NCBI GenBank assembly: GCA_024137785.1
Contig: JAHRHZ010000066.1
Location: 2,663,880 to 2,727,879, forward strand
From: Ginglymostoma cirratum
Lineage: Eukaryota
DNA length: 64,000 nucleotides
Reading direction: 5' to 3'
The notes beneath the pieces are model-generated. The model was given only the letters and a program-made list of their open reading frames with translations, made no database searches and had not been told where the DNA came from. The translations under genes and the position numbers were made by a program. Shown here one piece after another: positions 38,248-50,529 of this stretch (its first letter is position 1; the number at the start of each line of letters is the position of its first letter).

Positions 38248-41200
38248 AAGACAAGGAAAAATTAGTTTCTTGCTTCAAACAGCTGTCTCAAATGTTCTCA
38301 GAGAAGCTCTGGAGTAATTCCAAGAATATTTTTTTGTCAGGGGCTAAACATATATAGCATGCTGGGAAGAAATGTCATAAAAAATGTGAAAACGTCTTAG
38401 GAGGACGTACAACTGTAAAAAAATACATTTTTAAAACAGATATATTGCCCTGAAACTGTAAAATATTGAACATTTTATCTCTTTCCCATTGGTGAACAGT
38501 TGGATGTATCCAATCTCACATCCAAGAGAAGTGCCTTATTTGGTAGTTATTTGTGACCCGTGACCTTGACTGAATCTGGACTGCATCCTATAGCCAAGGT
38601 TCTAAATTTGACACTATTCTATTCGGAAAAATCTGGCTCAGTTGTGATTTCAGACTGATTTTATTTTAATATCAAACATGCGACCCTAAAACGATCAGCA
38701 GAATGGACTTGAATTTTACATTAGATTTTAGGGCTGAGTTTCAATACCTCACTTGACGAACCATGAACAAGCAATTAAAAATCTCAGGGGAAGGGGCTCA
38801 GACTAGTCTTTCAGATATCCCTACAACACTCAATGCCTTCCTACTGCAATAATCAGATAAGTCTGTAAGTGGGAAATTAAGCCATTCCACCTCAACCACA
38901 CAGGAAATGACTTCTTGAAAACTGAAAGTTCAGGTTGTACACAAAAGTGGAAGGCATATTTCCCAATCAGATGCCGCTAATTCATCATCGTGTATGTTGA
39001 AAATGATGCTTTGCCAATTTATTAGACACCACAATGCTGTTGTGTTTCACTCAGGTTTCTTTTCTTAGCTTTCCAGTTTCCTTTTCAGCTGCTTCAATTC
39101 CTTTCTTCACGTTCCTCCCCTCCTCACTAAAACTCTTTGTTTGCTCTCTCTCTCTCTTTAGAATTCATTGTACATCATTCCCAGCAAACTCATAAGATGT
39201 AGCCAATATTTGCCTCAGGCCTGAGAATTCCACTCCTGTGGATGCCCGATTGAGCTGCTGAGAGTTACTTTCCCTTGTCATCTTTCCCCTGTGTGGGAAA
39301 TGCCAAGCTTCTTATTGTGTTGAGTATTGGGTCGCACTCAATCATCCTTCATGAATTTCCTACTTTTTGTAATAATTCACTTCCACCAGACTGGGTATTC
39401 CAGCAATCTTATTCAATTATTACTGTTAGCGCTACTCAATTCATTCTCTCTCTTTCTATTAACACAGCTATGATGTAAATACACCTAGTGGGTATAATAT
39501 GGATGAGCTATTCCTCCACCTGTGACCTCCAACCAACTATCCTCGACAAGGATACAAGATAATCACTGATCAGAAAGGTTACATGGTCCATCTTCATTTG
39601 TCCATCATGTTGATATGCCCTTTTCAACATAGTTCAATTTATTTTCAAATAGATTTACAGATGAGTATTGGTTAGTAGAGCCACCTCACCAAAAGTTCCT
39701 GGACTCTTTTTATCCAAATTCTATTTAAGACACATTAACTTCATACATTTGAAAAGAGAAGTCTCCAGGTATAAATTTGTCCAACGCTCTGCTTCTGATT
39801 CAACAGTGGGGAACAATCGGAGTGCATACACATTGACTTGAGACAAGGCTTATTCCTGAGGCATTGCATCAAACAGGAGGGCATTGAAAATTAATTTCAA
39901 AATACAACTGCTAGATAGGGTACATGTGGACCTGGCTCTTCTGCTAAAAGCTGACAACCAGCTCGGTGGAACAGGCTGAAAACAGGGGTTATGCTCACTT
40001 CTTTGCACATTAAAGGAACTAACGTCATGGCGTGTATTTTGGAAGCCTCTTTGATACTTGCATGGATATTGTGGATGAGGGACTTAAGGCTAAAAGTGCA
40101 CAAGTCATTCAGCGTTTGGATGCCTTGGTGGTCGTGTTATACCTCAAATTTCTAGGCCAATAAATCAGATTAACCAGGCCCTTGTTTGATTATAGCTGGT
40201 TATATCTGTGCCAATGAAATTCCATGATTTGGAAAGAAAACTTAAGAAGAAATTGCAGAACTACAAAGCAAGTGGCAGTGCTGCTGCTCAGAAAACACAG
40301 CATGTTTGTTCCCAATGGAGGAGGGGACTGCTATTAAGAATAGCAACTATGATCTATCTATGCAGTTATACCAGTAACATTATGCCATTAGTGAAATGTA
40401 GCCCATACTGCAAAGGTTGTGCAGATATTGATGCGCTTTTGAATGGCTGCAAACTACAATTTATCTTAAGGACATTATCTCTGAAAAGCTGATGGGCTTT
40501 AGTTTTAACACTTCACTGTCAAGTATGGTCAGCTTATTTTCAGCACAATTTAAAAAAAAAACAGCCTTTTCCTACAGAATTAAAAAGAAAATGTTGATAT
40601 TGGCTATATGAAGGACAACCTTTGAAAGGAGATCAGATTTGGGCAAATTACAAACAAGTACTAAAGTATGACTAAAATAGAAGGTCAAAAACAGATGCAT
40701 GTAAAATTCCAAAACACAGTCAACACTTGGAAAGCTATTCTCAAGCACGCCTCCCCAATGTATTGCACTGGCTCTGGTGGCCTCACTAGCTTTCGCTTAC
40801 AGCACACCGAGGCTGGGTGCCAGATTATAAGCCACATTCCCATCCTGCACATGTGGGTGGGGTGCATTAGACAGAGTCACAACCAGGTTAGCCACAAAAA
40901 CAGCTAAGAAGTAACTTCTCCAAGCTCAGCACTGCCACCCAGAGGGCATTTCAGTGACATTACCACTGTTTGTAAAAAGCATATTCTCTCTGAAACATTT
41001 GAAAACCTCAATTTTCTTGTCACGGCAGATTTGTTTAATTAAATAGCATCTCCTCCTCACTGCTGAGAGCAAATCTGGAGGAAACCAAAAAGAGAATGAA
41101 GATTCCTTGTTTAGTCGCTGTAACATTTTGGAGCTGGGAAAGAAATAGGTGTTCATCTGACATCAGGAATCATTCAACCCGGTGATGCAAGTTGTTGGCA

Positions 41201-42019
41201 TCTCAACTGGCACAGAAAGGTGCTGGGCTTTGATAAGAGGGAGTGAGCCATGCATTGAAACTCCAGGATCGCAGCCAACCTGAGGTGGGAACCTTATTCC
41301 AAAGTATTTTCTGACCTCGGTTTCAGTACAGCGCTCAGACTAGCTTGAAATGGCACCCAACGCCAATTGTAATGGCTCTCCCATTGGGATACAAGGCAAT
41401 GCTCCCTATAATTAATGTCAGTGGAGCTGCCCACCACAGACTTAAAAAAACCACCTCAGCAGTCTTTCCATTCCAACAACAATTTGTTTCCTAAAGGTGC
41501 CAGCTATTGTTTTCTGATTTAAAGAAGGAGGAACGCTTTGAATCAAAAAAAAAAATTCAGCATCCTGTTAGATTTTCCCTTCCCGTTTTCAATTTTGTGT
41601 TTTGGGACACAACAGCTGTTGACGTTGCTGAGTTTGTGGAATTAAATGTTCCCGACACCACCACCATCTGGCACTTTGTGGCACTGCAGCCCATGATCAC
41701 AAACACACAATTCTTAACAACATTTCTACAATCTTGAATGCTACCATTTTTCTGACACACTGCTTTGAAACGCGCAAACACAAATTGCTGGAATCACTCA
41801 CATTTTACGCCTAGGTGACCAACTGTAAACAACTATTTATATGACTATCACGAGTCTAAAGTACACTGCTGCAAAAAGAAGAGACGTTTTCTGAAATGCC
41901 ATATTCTATTTGCAATGGCATTACAGTGTAAGGCAACTTAAATAGCTCAAGGGCTACATGTCCATTGATAAACATGACAAGGACCCTAGGTGTGGTTTTA
42001 CCATCTCTGGAGCTGATGA

Positions 42020-42637
42020 GAAATGGAAATAATGGGTGGGGTTTGCCCTTTCGAGAAACTCACCTCATTCTCACCACAATTACCTGCTGGGCAACCTTCT
42101 TAATTTGCCAGTGATTAAGGTCAATTAATGGTCAACTAAGGGTCTTTAACCTGCTACCTCCTTCACCAAGTGAGAGGAAGGTGACTCCTTTCTCTGACTG
42201 GGAAACCGTGGCAACCTGTTTGCCCAGTTAGGGAACAGGATGCCAATTCCCTAAATACTCCAATTACAGGGGATGTGGGCAGGGTGCATGGGTGAGGGGC
42301 TGCAGGTGGGAGGGCAAGGTCTTGTAAATCCGACTGTCCTGAACACACACATCCTGCAAATAACTTCCAGGAAGAGGAGACAGATCGACCTTCTTGTTTT
42401 TGGATCCCCTGAGGAGTTGGCCTCAACCAGCAGACATTGCGGCTCACAGGCTGCCAGCTATTTACTGGTGGGCAGCCTGTGGTATCCTTTGCCTGCCTCT
42501 GGCCCCTAATGGGCTGATGGGTGGGTGATAGGGTAGGTGGGGCAGCATGTTGGTCATCACCTTACAGGCATGCCCAGACACACACAGAAGGAAAATCATG
42601 CCCTGAAAGGACGCATACTTTCCACTGGATTTTGCCA
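42020..42637. mobile_element. GC-rich MITE-like interspersed repeat (decayed)
   Basis: Core TTAAGGTCAATTAATGGTCAACTAAGGG at about 42115-42142 resembles 15285-15326; ends GGATTTTGCC. Confidence 0.35.
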
Positions 42638-42825
42638 TTAAATGTTGAATTATCATCATGCAGTTGTAACCAACTGGGCCAAATTTGGACCTGTTTCCAT
42701 GAATGTACGCTTAAGTGGAGTAGACTGTACTGTACATGCTAACTTGTCGGCAGTTGTTTCAGTCTGCGAACTGTTTTCCCAATTCCCAATTCTTTCCCAA
42801 ACACCAGCCAGCCCTAAGTGATTAC

Positions 42826-42903
42826 CTAAGTGAGAAGCTGGACTCAAGAAGCTGTTGTGATGAGGTGGAGGTCCGAAAGGGTTTCCACTGGGATGTGTGG
42901 TAC
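42826..42903 (-). CDS. AUTS2: AUTS2 coding exon (exon 16 equivalent), (G)[25 protein letters not shown](E)
   Basis: 78 nt, phase 1/1. CAG acceptor at 42904-42906; GTAATC donor. Lies within ORF 42656..42952. Confidence 0.93.
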
Positions 42904-43347
42904 CTGCAAAGAGACAGAGAAGACAGTTTTCTTCAAAGAAGCATTCACACAAAACTGTTCACCATGACCTGTGTCCATCCAGCATTTGGTTCGCCAAGCT
43001 ATTTCATGACGTAATACAATTGTTTTTGCATCTTAAAAGGTATCAACAGGATTCAGCATAATATTAATGAAGTCTGGACTGGTGTATGCTTTCATTTTGA
43101 AGATTTCTAATCCCAATGACTGATGCAGGTTAGTGGGGAATGCCACCTTCAAAAATGAAATATGTGATCTGTCAAAAATAAGACAATGTTTAAAAGTTTC
43201 TCAAAGTACAGTCAGTAACAAATTTAACCTGAGATTCGGACTGAGTAAGTGAAGCACAAATAAATTGGAGTGGGGTGGGGCAATCAAAAGAGGCAAAAAT
43301 AGAAATGCAGAGAAACAGAGACAAATTCGAAAGGGTAGAGATAGGGG

Positions 43348-43705
43348 AGGTGTCAACCTAGTCATATTATTGCTGGACTGTTAACCTAGAGACCCAGGTA
43401 ATGTTCTGGGGACCCAGTTTCGAACCTGCCATTGCCGATGATGGAATTTGAATTCAATTAGAAAAAGTGTGGAATTATGACTCGAATGATGACCGTGAAT
43501 CCATTGTCAATTGTCGGAAAAACCCACCTGACTCACTGATGTCCTTCAGGTGAAGGAAACTGCCATCCATACCTGGTCTGGCCTACATGTGACTCCAGAC
43601 CCACGGCAATGTGTTGACTCTTAACTAGCCTCTGGGCAATTAGGGATGCGCAATAAATGCTGACTAGCCAGCAACGCCCTCAGCCCATGAATGAATAATA
43701 AAAAA
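43348..43705 (+). mobile_element. Near full-length tRNA-derived SINE with LINE-derived 3' tail
   Basis: B-box GTTTCGAACC at 43417-43426. Tail GGGCAATTAGGGATGCGCAATAAATGCTG...CCCATGAATGAATAATAAAAAA is shared with the LINE end at 8.6 kb. Confidence 0.8.
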
Positions 43706-44375
43706 GAGGAGACAGGTTATAAGAAATAAATAAAGAAACATGGAGAGATGACTGAGCAAGAATGAGTGACAGACAAGGAGAGAGGGAGGAACAGGCAAAG
43801 AAATAGGCAAAGGAGAAAGACAAAGATCCCTCCAGTAATATCGAGCTTCTAATGAGGGAGAGTGTAATTAAAGTGCAACAAGGTTAGTCAGGTAGGTTCC
43901 AGTGTGGACTGAGACCTACTGTGAGAAATGTGACAATATGTACAGAAAGGCTATGAAAGTACAAGAGAACCCCATGGGAAAAGCACGCCAATTAGATATG
44001 CCGTCTGGACTCTATTCCCTCTTGATCAATGGATGAACTTGCATTGCTCTAGCGTCTTTTACGACCTCAGCACGTCTTAAAGCACTTTACCAGCCCACGA
44101 GGTGCATTAGAAGCAGTCCTTGCTATAAAATAATAGAGAAATTTCCCCTCAGGAACTTACTGATATTCTGAACTCTGAACCCAATTTATAACAAGTCGAC
44201 AGTGTGACTGTTCAAATCCAATAACACAGACATTGCTGAAAATAAATGCTTTTAAACATCCTTTATTTAAGAAAACACATGGAACTTTGTGAAAACGTAG
44301 TTGTTGGAATTTACTGCTTTTCACTTTCCACTGCAAAAAAGTAGATTGTGCACCAGGTTAAAATTGTTGGTTTGC

Positions 44376-44421
44376 GGGTGGGGGCTGGGGGCTGGGGGGT
44401 GCGGGTGGGGGGTTTGGTGGG
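44376..44421 (+). other. G-quadruplex-forming G-run cluster
   Basis: At least six runs of 3-6 G separated by 1-3 nt loops. Confidence 0.7.
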
Positions 44422-44601
44422 TGCACTGAATGTGAATAGTGCCATCTAGTGGATATAGGTATTTGTACAGGCAAGATACGGAAACTGGCAACACGACAAG
44501 TTATTCATGAATTTGACCTCCTGGCAATAAGGCTGGGAGAAGATTGCTGCCATTCAGTCACTGATGAGTGGATGACCATATTATTAAGTGCAATTCCTTA
44601 C

Positions 44602-44743
44602 CAGCTGTGGAGAAGAGAGTTGCTGGGCGAGCCAGCTCATGGGGATGATGGATAGCTCCAAACATGCTGGGGCCTGGTGGCCGGCTTAGGAACTCCGGTT
44701 TCAGGCCAAAGTCAAGTTTGTGTGGATCAGACTGCATCTGCTG
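44602..44743 (-). CDS. AUTS2: AUTS2 coding exon (exon 15 equivalent), [47 protein letters not shown](G)
   Basis: 142 nt, phase 0/1, translated by hand. Acceptor CAG at 44744-44746 (first of three tandem CAGs); GTAAGG donor. Confidence 0.93.
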
Positions 44744-44849
44744 CTGTAAGGTGCAAAATCAAAAACAGCCTGGTCATTTTATGTCTCACCACCTCACGTT
44801 CAGTGCTCCTTTTGTAAAAGTCCGAGAAAATGGGCAACAGCCTGAATCG

Positions 44850-44920
44850 TGATCTGTTTCTCTCCCTACAGATACTGCCAAACCTGCTGAGAATTTCTAA
44901 TGCTTTCCCGTTTTATTTAC
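44850..44920 (+). mobile_element. Fragment of the Penelope-like mini-element family (no ribozyme core)
   Basis: CTGTTTCTCTCCCTACAGATACTGCCAAACCTGCTGAGAATTTC matches the family body. Confidence 0.6.
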
Positions 44921-46487
44921 AAAATCATGCCGACTTATTTGACAAACTAATGTATGTTCCAATTAGCAGCGACTCTGCATTCAACCTTAATTCAAACGAT
45001 CCAATAATTACTCTTTCAAAATAACTGCGCATAGTATGAGGTTGGTTACATTGCTGAATCCAAACTTTTCAAATTTCCTCTTTGAAATAATACATTTTGA
45101 ATCACCAGAATTGTTATGCGGGTTTCTGGAGTTATGGGAGAGTGTGGTCTATTCCTGCAGGGAGAGTCAGAACAAAGGAGCTTAGTCCTGAGAGCTACTC
45201 TCTACATTTGGTGGAAGAGTGGGGAGATGCAGTTTCTTGCTGGGGGCAGGGTGGTCTCACTTACTGGCAGTAAGGCGGAGGAGGGAGATCCTCCCTACTC
45301 TCCACCAGAAAGCCTGTTGTGGTGATTCCAAAACACGAGAAAAACGTTGTAAACTACAGTCCCACCATTAATTCAGAATTTTCACAATTTATCCAGCCAA
45401 GTTAAACATCGATCTGAGACAATTCACATTAGCAATGATAGAAATTAAAAATTTCATGTGAAGATGGGACTCGGGTACTAGGATTTTGGTCTAGTGGGTA
45501 GGATCGGAATGCAAACCAATAGAAGTAATTAAGAAGTAGACTATCAGGAATGATTGAGATGCAGAAAAACAGGAGTGATCGGGATGTGCACTAACAAGTG
45601 AATGGGATGTGGATTAACAGAAATATTAGGGATGTAAACTACTAGCAGTGAATGGGTGTGGGTCAGTGGGAGTGACTGGGATATGGCTTATGTGAGGCTG
45701 TGGCTTTGAAAGCTTTACATCACTGAACTTTCTTCTCATCTCATATCTGGACCTGTCATAATATAACTGTTTGTTTTGCTTAGTCAACAATTCCATCAAT
45801 ATTGTATTAATTTGACTACAATGATGGAAGTGCTTGAGTCTTTATTTAACGAGTCACTTTGATCTTGCTACGTATTAGTGTCTGCTCTGGTGTATGAAGC
45901 TTTTCCTATTATAGACATGAAGAAAGCTACCCAAAGAATGATTACAATGCAATATAAATCTCCGTCTAACTCAATCCTGTGATATGTCAGAACCTTGGAA
46001 GAGGACACCTTAACCTGGAAGTATGGTTTTTCCAATTGATTAATCCCAGAACCTCCAAGAGTGAGACACAAGTTTAATGCAAAGAAGTGGGAATTCCTGC
46101 TCTAAGCTCATGGTCATCGTGGACTGCAACAGGGTAGTCCAATACTACTACTTCTGGATTTATTCTGTCTGAAAAATCATTTGGATTGGATCCCGGAGGT
46201 GTTGCAGCACATGGAAATAGAACAATGAAGAATTTGATGATAAACGAGAAAAGGTTAGGGAACTGTGTGGGGGAAAAAGTGCTGACAAGTATCACACAAT
46301 GTGCTTAGGACCTCCCTAGAATGACTAATACCCTGGAATACTGCTCCCAATGAATGGCATTCATCACCCACTGAGGTGCTAAAAGACTCAGGCTAAGTGA
46401 CAATAAACCCTGCAAAGAACTGGTGAACATTATAACAAGGAAATTTAAATGAGTGAGGCTCCATTCAAAAAAAAAATCTAGGTAGGC

Positions 46488-46570
46488 ACTCAGCTCTTAA
46501 GAAACTAGGGATGGGCAATAAATGCTGGCCAGCCAGCGATACCCATGTCCCATAAGTGAATAAAAAAAAA
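46488..46570 (+). mobile_element. Isolated LINE/SINE 3' tail
   Basis: CTAGGGATGGGCAATAAATGCTGGCCAGCCAGCGATACCCATGTCCC followed by an A-run. Confidence 0.75.
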
Positions 46571-46742
46571 GAGACTTCAGCTGTTTTCCTAAGTTGCTTG
46601 ACTTGTTTGTATATATCATGGAAACCTTTTGATTAGGTGGGTCCTTGTAGTGCATCACTTGAGTGGTTTGTGCCATCACTCCTTGTTCAGGTCACCATTG
46701 TAGCTTTGTCCCTAATAACAATTGCAAACATATAACCATTCA

Positions 46743-46994
<252 letters not shown>

Positions 46995-47049
46995 TTAACC
47001 CAACTTCACTTCCTGGCCCCCGTCTGTTGGCCATTATTGTGTACTTCTT

Positions 47050-47766
47050 TTCTCATGAGGTGCTGCCTCTCTCTCCCCTTTAAACCTGAAGTCATCACTC
47101 CTCACTGCAGCCATTATCTTCAAGTCCATCAATTCAGACTCTGTTTACTAACTAACCACCCTCTTTCTCCTTAGCAACTGTCTGAGACTAAAACAGACCG
47201 TTTGCAAACTTGGTATCACATTTGACTCAGAGATAGGTTTCCACCCACGTATATGCACCATCATTATGACCACTGATATCTATCACTGTCAAATTGCCCA
47301 AGTTAGCCCCTGTTTTAGCTGATCTGCTGATTCATTCCTTTGTTACTTCAACTCTTGGCTATTCTAGTCTAGTCCTGAAAAGCCTCCCCCATTCCACCGT
47401 CCACCAACTTGAGGTCATCCAAATCTTTGCTCTTCTGAAGAAGGGTCACTGGACCTGAACCATTGATCCTGCTTTCTTTCCACGGATGCTGCCAGACCTT
47501 AGTTTTTCCAGCTATTCCCACTGTTCTATCCTTGGCGGTCATGCATTCAGCTGTTCGGACTCTAAACTCTGGAAATCCCTCCTTAATGTTCCTACCTCTC
47601 TCTTACTTTCAGCTACTCCTTAAACCTACCCCTTTGACCAAGCTTTTTGTCATTTGTGCTAATATCACCTTAAGTGGCTTCGTGTCGATTTTGTTTTATT
47701 GATCTCCAACGAAGCACTTCTGACATGTTACTCCAGTAAGGAATCATGTAAATGTTAACATTGTTG
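47050..47766 (+). mobile_element. L2-clade LINE 3' fragment with a hammerhead-bearing mini-element nested at about 47432-47530
   Basis: NLGITFD and LGYSSLVL-type L2 ORF2 remnants; tail GTAAATGTTAACATTGTTG. Insert reads CTGAAGA-A-GGGTC-ACTG-GACCT-GAAC-CATT from 47435. Confidence 0.65.
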
Positions 47767-48094
47767 GAAAGTGGAGATTTGCAGCACTCTTTTCCAAACC
47801 ACTCTATTTTCACTGTCCTATTTGAAAAACAGATCCCTTTTTGCTCTGTTGCTCCTCCTTGAAATATAATTCTCATCTCCAACATCAAATGATGTAATTT
47901 TAAAAGATTAGACTTCAACGAGAATAAAACAGCACACATTCTAACCTGAGCTGCCTATTTGTAAGTTGCTGATGGTCCTGAGCCTGGCAATCTCTAAGTT
48001 CTTCCTAATTGTGGATTGTGATGCACCAGTGTTGAAGTATTTTCCCTAAAGCATTTGAAGCTGCACCTTCTCTTCTGAATACATTTGACAAATA

Positions 48095-48745
48095 TTATAG
48101 ATGCACACAGCACAGAAAAGGCCCTTTGGCCCATCGAGTCTGCATCGACACAACGACTACTAAAAGTGCGCCAATCCCAATTTCCTGCACTTGTTCCATA
48201 TCCTTGAATGTTATGATATATAAATTGCTCATCCAAGTATCTTTTAAAGACTGTATGGTTTCCAGCCTCCACTACCATCCCAGGTAGTGCATTCCAGATT
48301 CCACCAGCAATTGAGTTAAAAAGTTTTCCCAAATCCCCTCTGAATCTTCTGTCCCTGACCATAAAACTATGCTCTCTCATGTTTGTCGCCTCAACCAAGG
48401 GGAATGGCTGCTTTCTATTCACGCTGTCCATACTCCTCATAATCTTATACACATCAATCATGCATTCACCCCCCCCCCCCCCCCCCACCCCCTCAGTCTT
48501 CGCTGCTCTGGATAAGACAATCCAAGCTCGTCTGGTCTCTCCATATAGCTCAATTTCTCCATCTGAGGCAACATCCTGGTGAACCTCCTCTGTACCCCAC
48601 TCTAGTGCTAACACATCTATCCTGTAGTGAGGTGACTAGAACTGCACACAGTACTCCAGCCATGGCCTAACCAACGCTCTGTGGAACTCCAGCATTACCT
48701 CCTTGCTCTTATAACCTGTGCCATGACTGATGAAAGTGTCCCATT
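48095..48745 (-). mobile_element. CR1 (HER1-like) LINE 3' fragment
   Basis: ORF 47994..48614 has IDVYKIMR...GIWNALPGMVVEAG...FKRYLD. Same family as 1005-2198; poly-C expansion at about 48467-48492. Confidence 0.9.
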
Positions 48746-49448
48746 TACAAATCTTGTTTCAGATTAGTTTAAAACCTCAAAACAAATGATTTTAAGTTAC
48801 AGTAAAATATTATTAGTGTTCTGATGTCCTGAGAGTGGACATAACCTTCCTAAAGCACGCCAATCATTCTTTTCAACAAGGTGGTCTCCTGTTAATTAAA
48901 CACTTTAGGACTTGACCACCATTTACAAAATGTATTAAGATACAAAATACAACCAAACTCATTCAAATTTGTCAAGTTTGTTTACTCTGTTAGTTTAATG
49001 GTTCAATTTTTAACGAGATACCATATTCACGAGATTTTACAGGATCTTAAAATATTGAGCCCTGATCAATTTTAATTGTCAGAACTAATTCTTCTATTCT
49101 CTCCAATTTCCACCCCTTTCTTCAGAGACTGGTTACATGCCAATTACTTGTGGACATTTCAGCAAAGAAACCATCATCCACGTGTGAGCCCTGACAGGGA
49201 GTGCCACAGGTTATTTTGCAGATTCGGTCAGGTTTTAACTCGCGTATTTAGGGAAGAATCACAACCAATTAGAATTCTGCGTTCATTGGCTAGCCGTCAT
49301 TGTATTATATGCCGTCTAAATGTTTGAAAATGATCTTGCTCGAGAGGACTGACACTTTAATAAGGTATAATTTCTTAATCATTCACTTATCTTTCCATCC
49401 CAGAGGGAGTACACAGACAGATTATAATTCAAAAGGAATAATTCTTAC

Positions 49449-49478
49449 CCTTAGCATCGGCCTGAATGGATCTGTCAA
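49449..49478 (-). CDS. AUTS2: AUTS2 30-nt microexon (exon 13 equivalent), LTDPFRPMLR
   Basis: Not in the ORF track; read by hand. TTTGCAG acceptor (CAG at 49479-49481), GTAAGA donor. Peptide matches recalled human AUTS2 LTDPFRPMLR. Confidence 0.93.
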
Positions 49479-50067
49479 CTGCAAATAAAGAGTGACAGCT
49501 CAGTTACACACCTGTCACTCAAGCCATGACAATAATTGCAATTTTTATTGCCTCGTTAGTCAGTAATTTGAAATGTTAACATTTTACTTTCAGATGAAAT
49601 ATTAGTAGAAAAAATAATCAGCAAAATTTTATACATTTGTCTGACCTTCTGTTCTTTGTCAATAATTTTCGGAATGGAGAATGCTACAGGCACATGATCA
49701 TAGATTAAGGTTTCTTTGAAAGTGTGACCCCCTTTCTTTGCAATTCTTCGGTGCATTAGGATTTGATTAAACAGGATCATTGAATTCTTTTAACCTTTAC
49801 TCTTCTAACCTTTTGCTACTTTGCGCAATTAGAAATTCTAACTTGTTGTAAACACACACTGACCACCAAATAAACACAATGTTTAAAATGACAGCTACGC
49901 AGGCAAAAAGCCTGGATTTTATCTTCTTTCAAGTTGATCAACATATATTTAAAATTCCACCTCGATAAGTTTCTATTCATGTGTGATATTTGGCTCTTGA
50001 GTACAAGATGGACTCCTGTAAAGGACAAAATTATGAGAAAATGAGAGAGAAACCTAGTCTACCCTTC

Positions 50068-50360
50068 ACGACAGCAGGCTGCATGGTGGCTCCGTAGTTA
50101 GCACTGCTCTGAGGAGTTTGCACATTCTCCCCAAGTCTGCGTGGGTTTCCTCCCACAGTCGAAATATGTGCAGATTATGTGAATTGGCCACGCTAAATTG
50201 CTCATAGTGTTCAGGGATATGCAAGCTAGGTGGTTTAGCCACGGGAAATGCAGAACCATGGTGATACGGTGGTTCTGGGTGGGATGCTCTTTGGAGAAGT
50301 GGTATGGACTTGATGGACTGACTGGCCTGCTTCCACACTGTAGGGATTCTATGATGATTC
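50068..50360 (+). mobile_element. HE1-type V-SINE (internally deleted)
   Basis: tRNA head TGGTGGCTCCGTAGTTAGCACTGC, V domain GGAGTTTGCACATTCTCCCC..GTCTGCGTGGGTTTCCTCC, and CR1-like tail GGGATTCTATGATGATT. Confidence 0.88.
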
Positions 50361-50529
50361 ATTGATCCAATGAGGCCTCACGGAAATGTTTAAAGCAATG
50401 AACAAAATGAATAGAAACAACTCATAGCATTGCTGCTTGGCAGTGATTGTCAGAATCAGGATGGAAAGATTCAAACAAAAGTCAAATTAAAAGACTGATG
50501 TTTGCATACTCTTCAACCCTCAAACTCTG

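Noticed and set aside
47994-48614. 206-aa ORF as a separate gene
   Set aside because: Chance read-through of a frameshifted CR1 ORF2 C-terminus.
48100-50355. Inverted CR1 tail and HE1 tail flanking the microexon as a looping-out device
   Set aside because: Complementarity is only about 35 nt with several mismatches over 2.2 kb.
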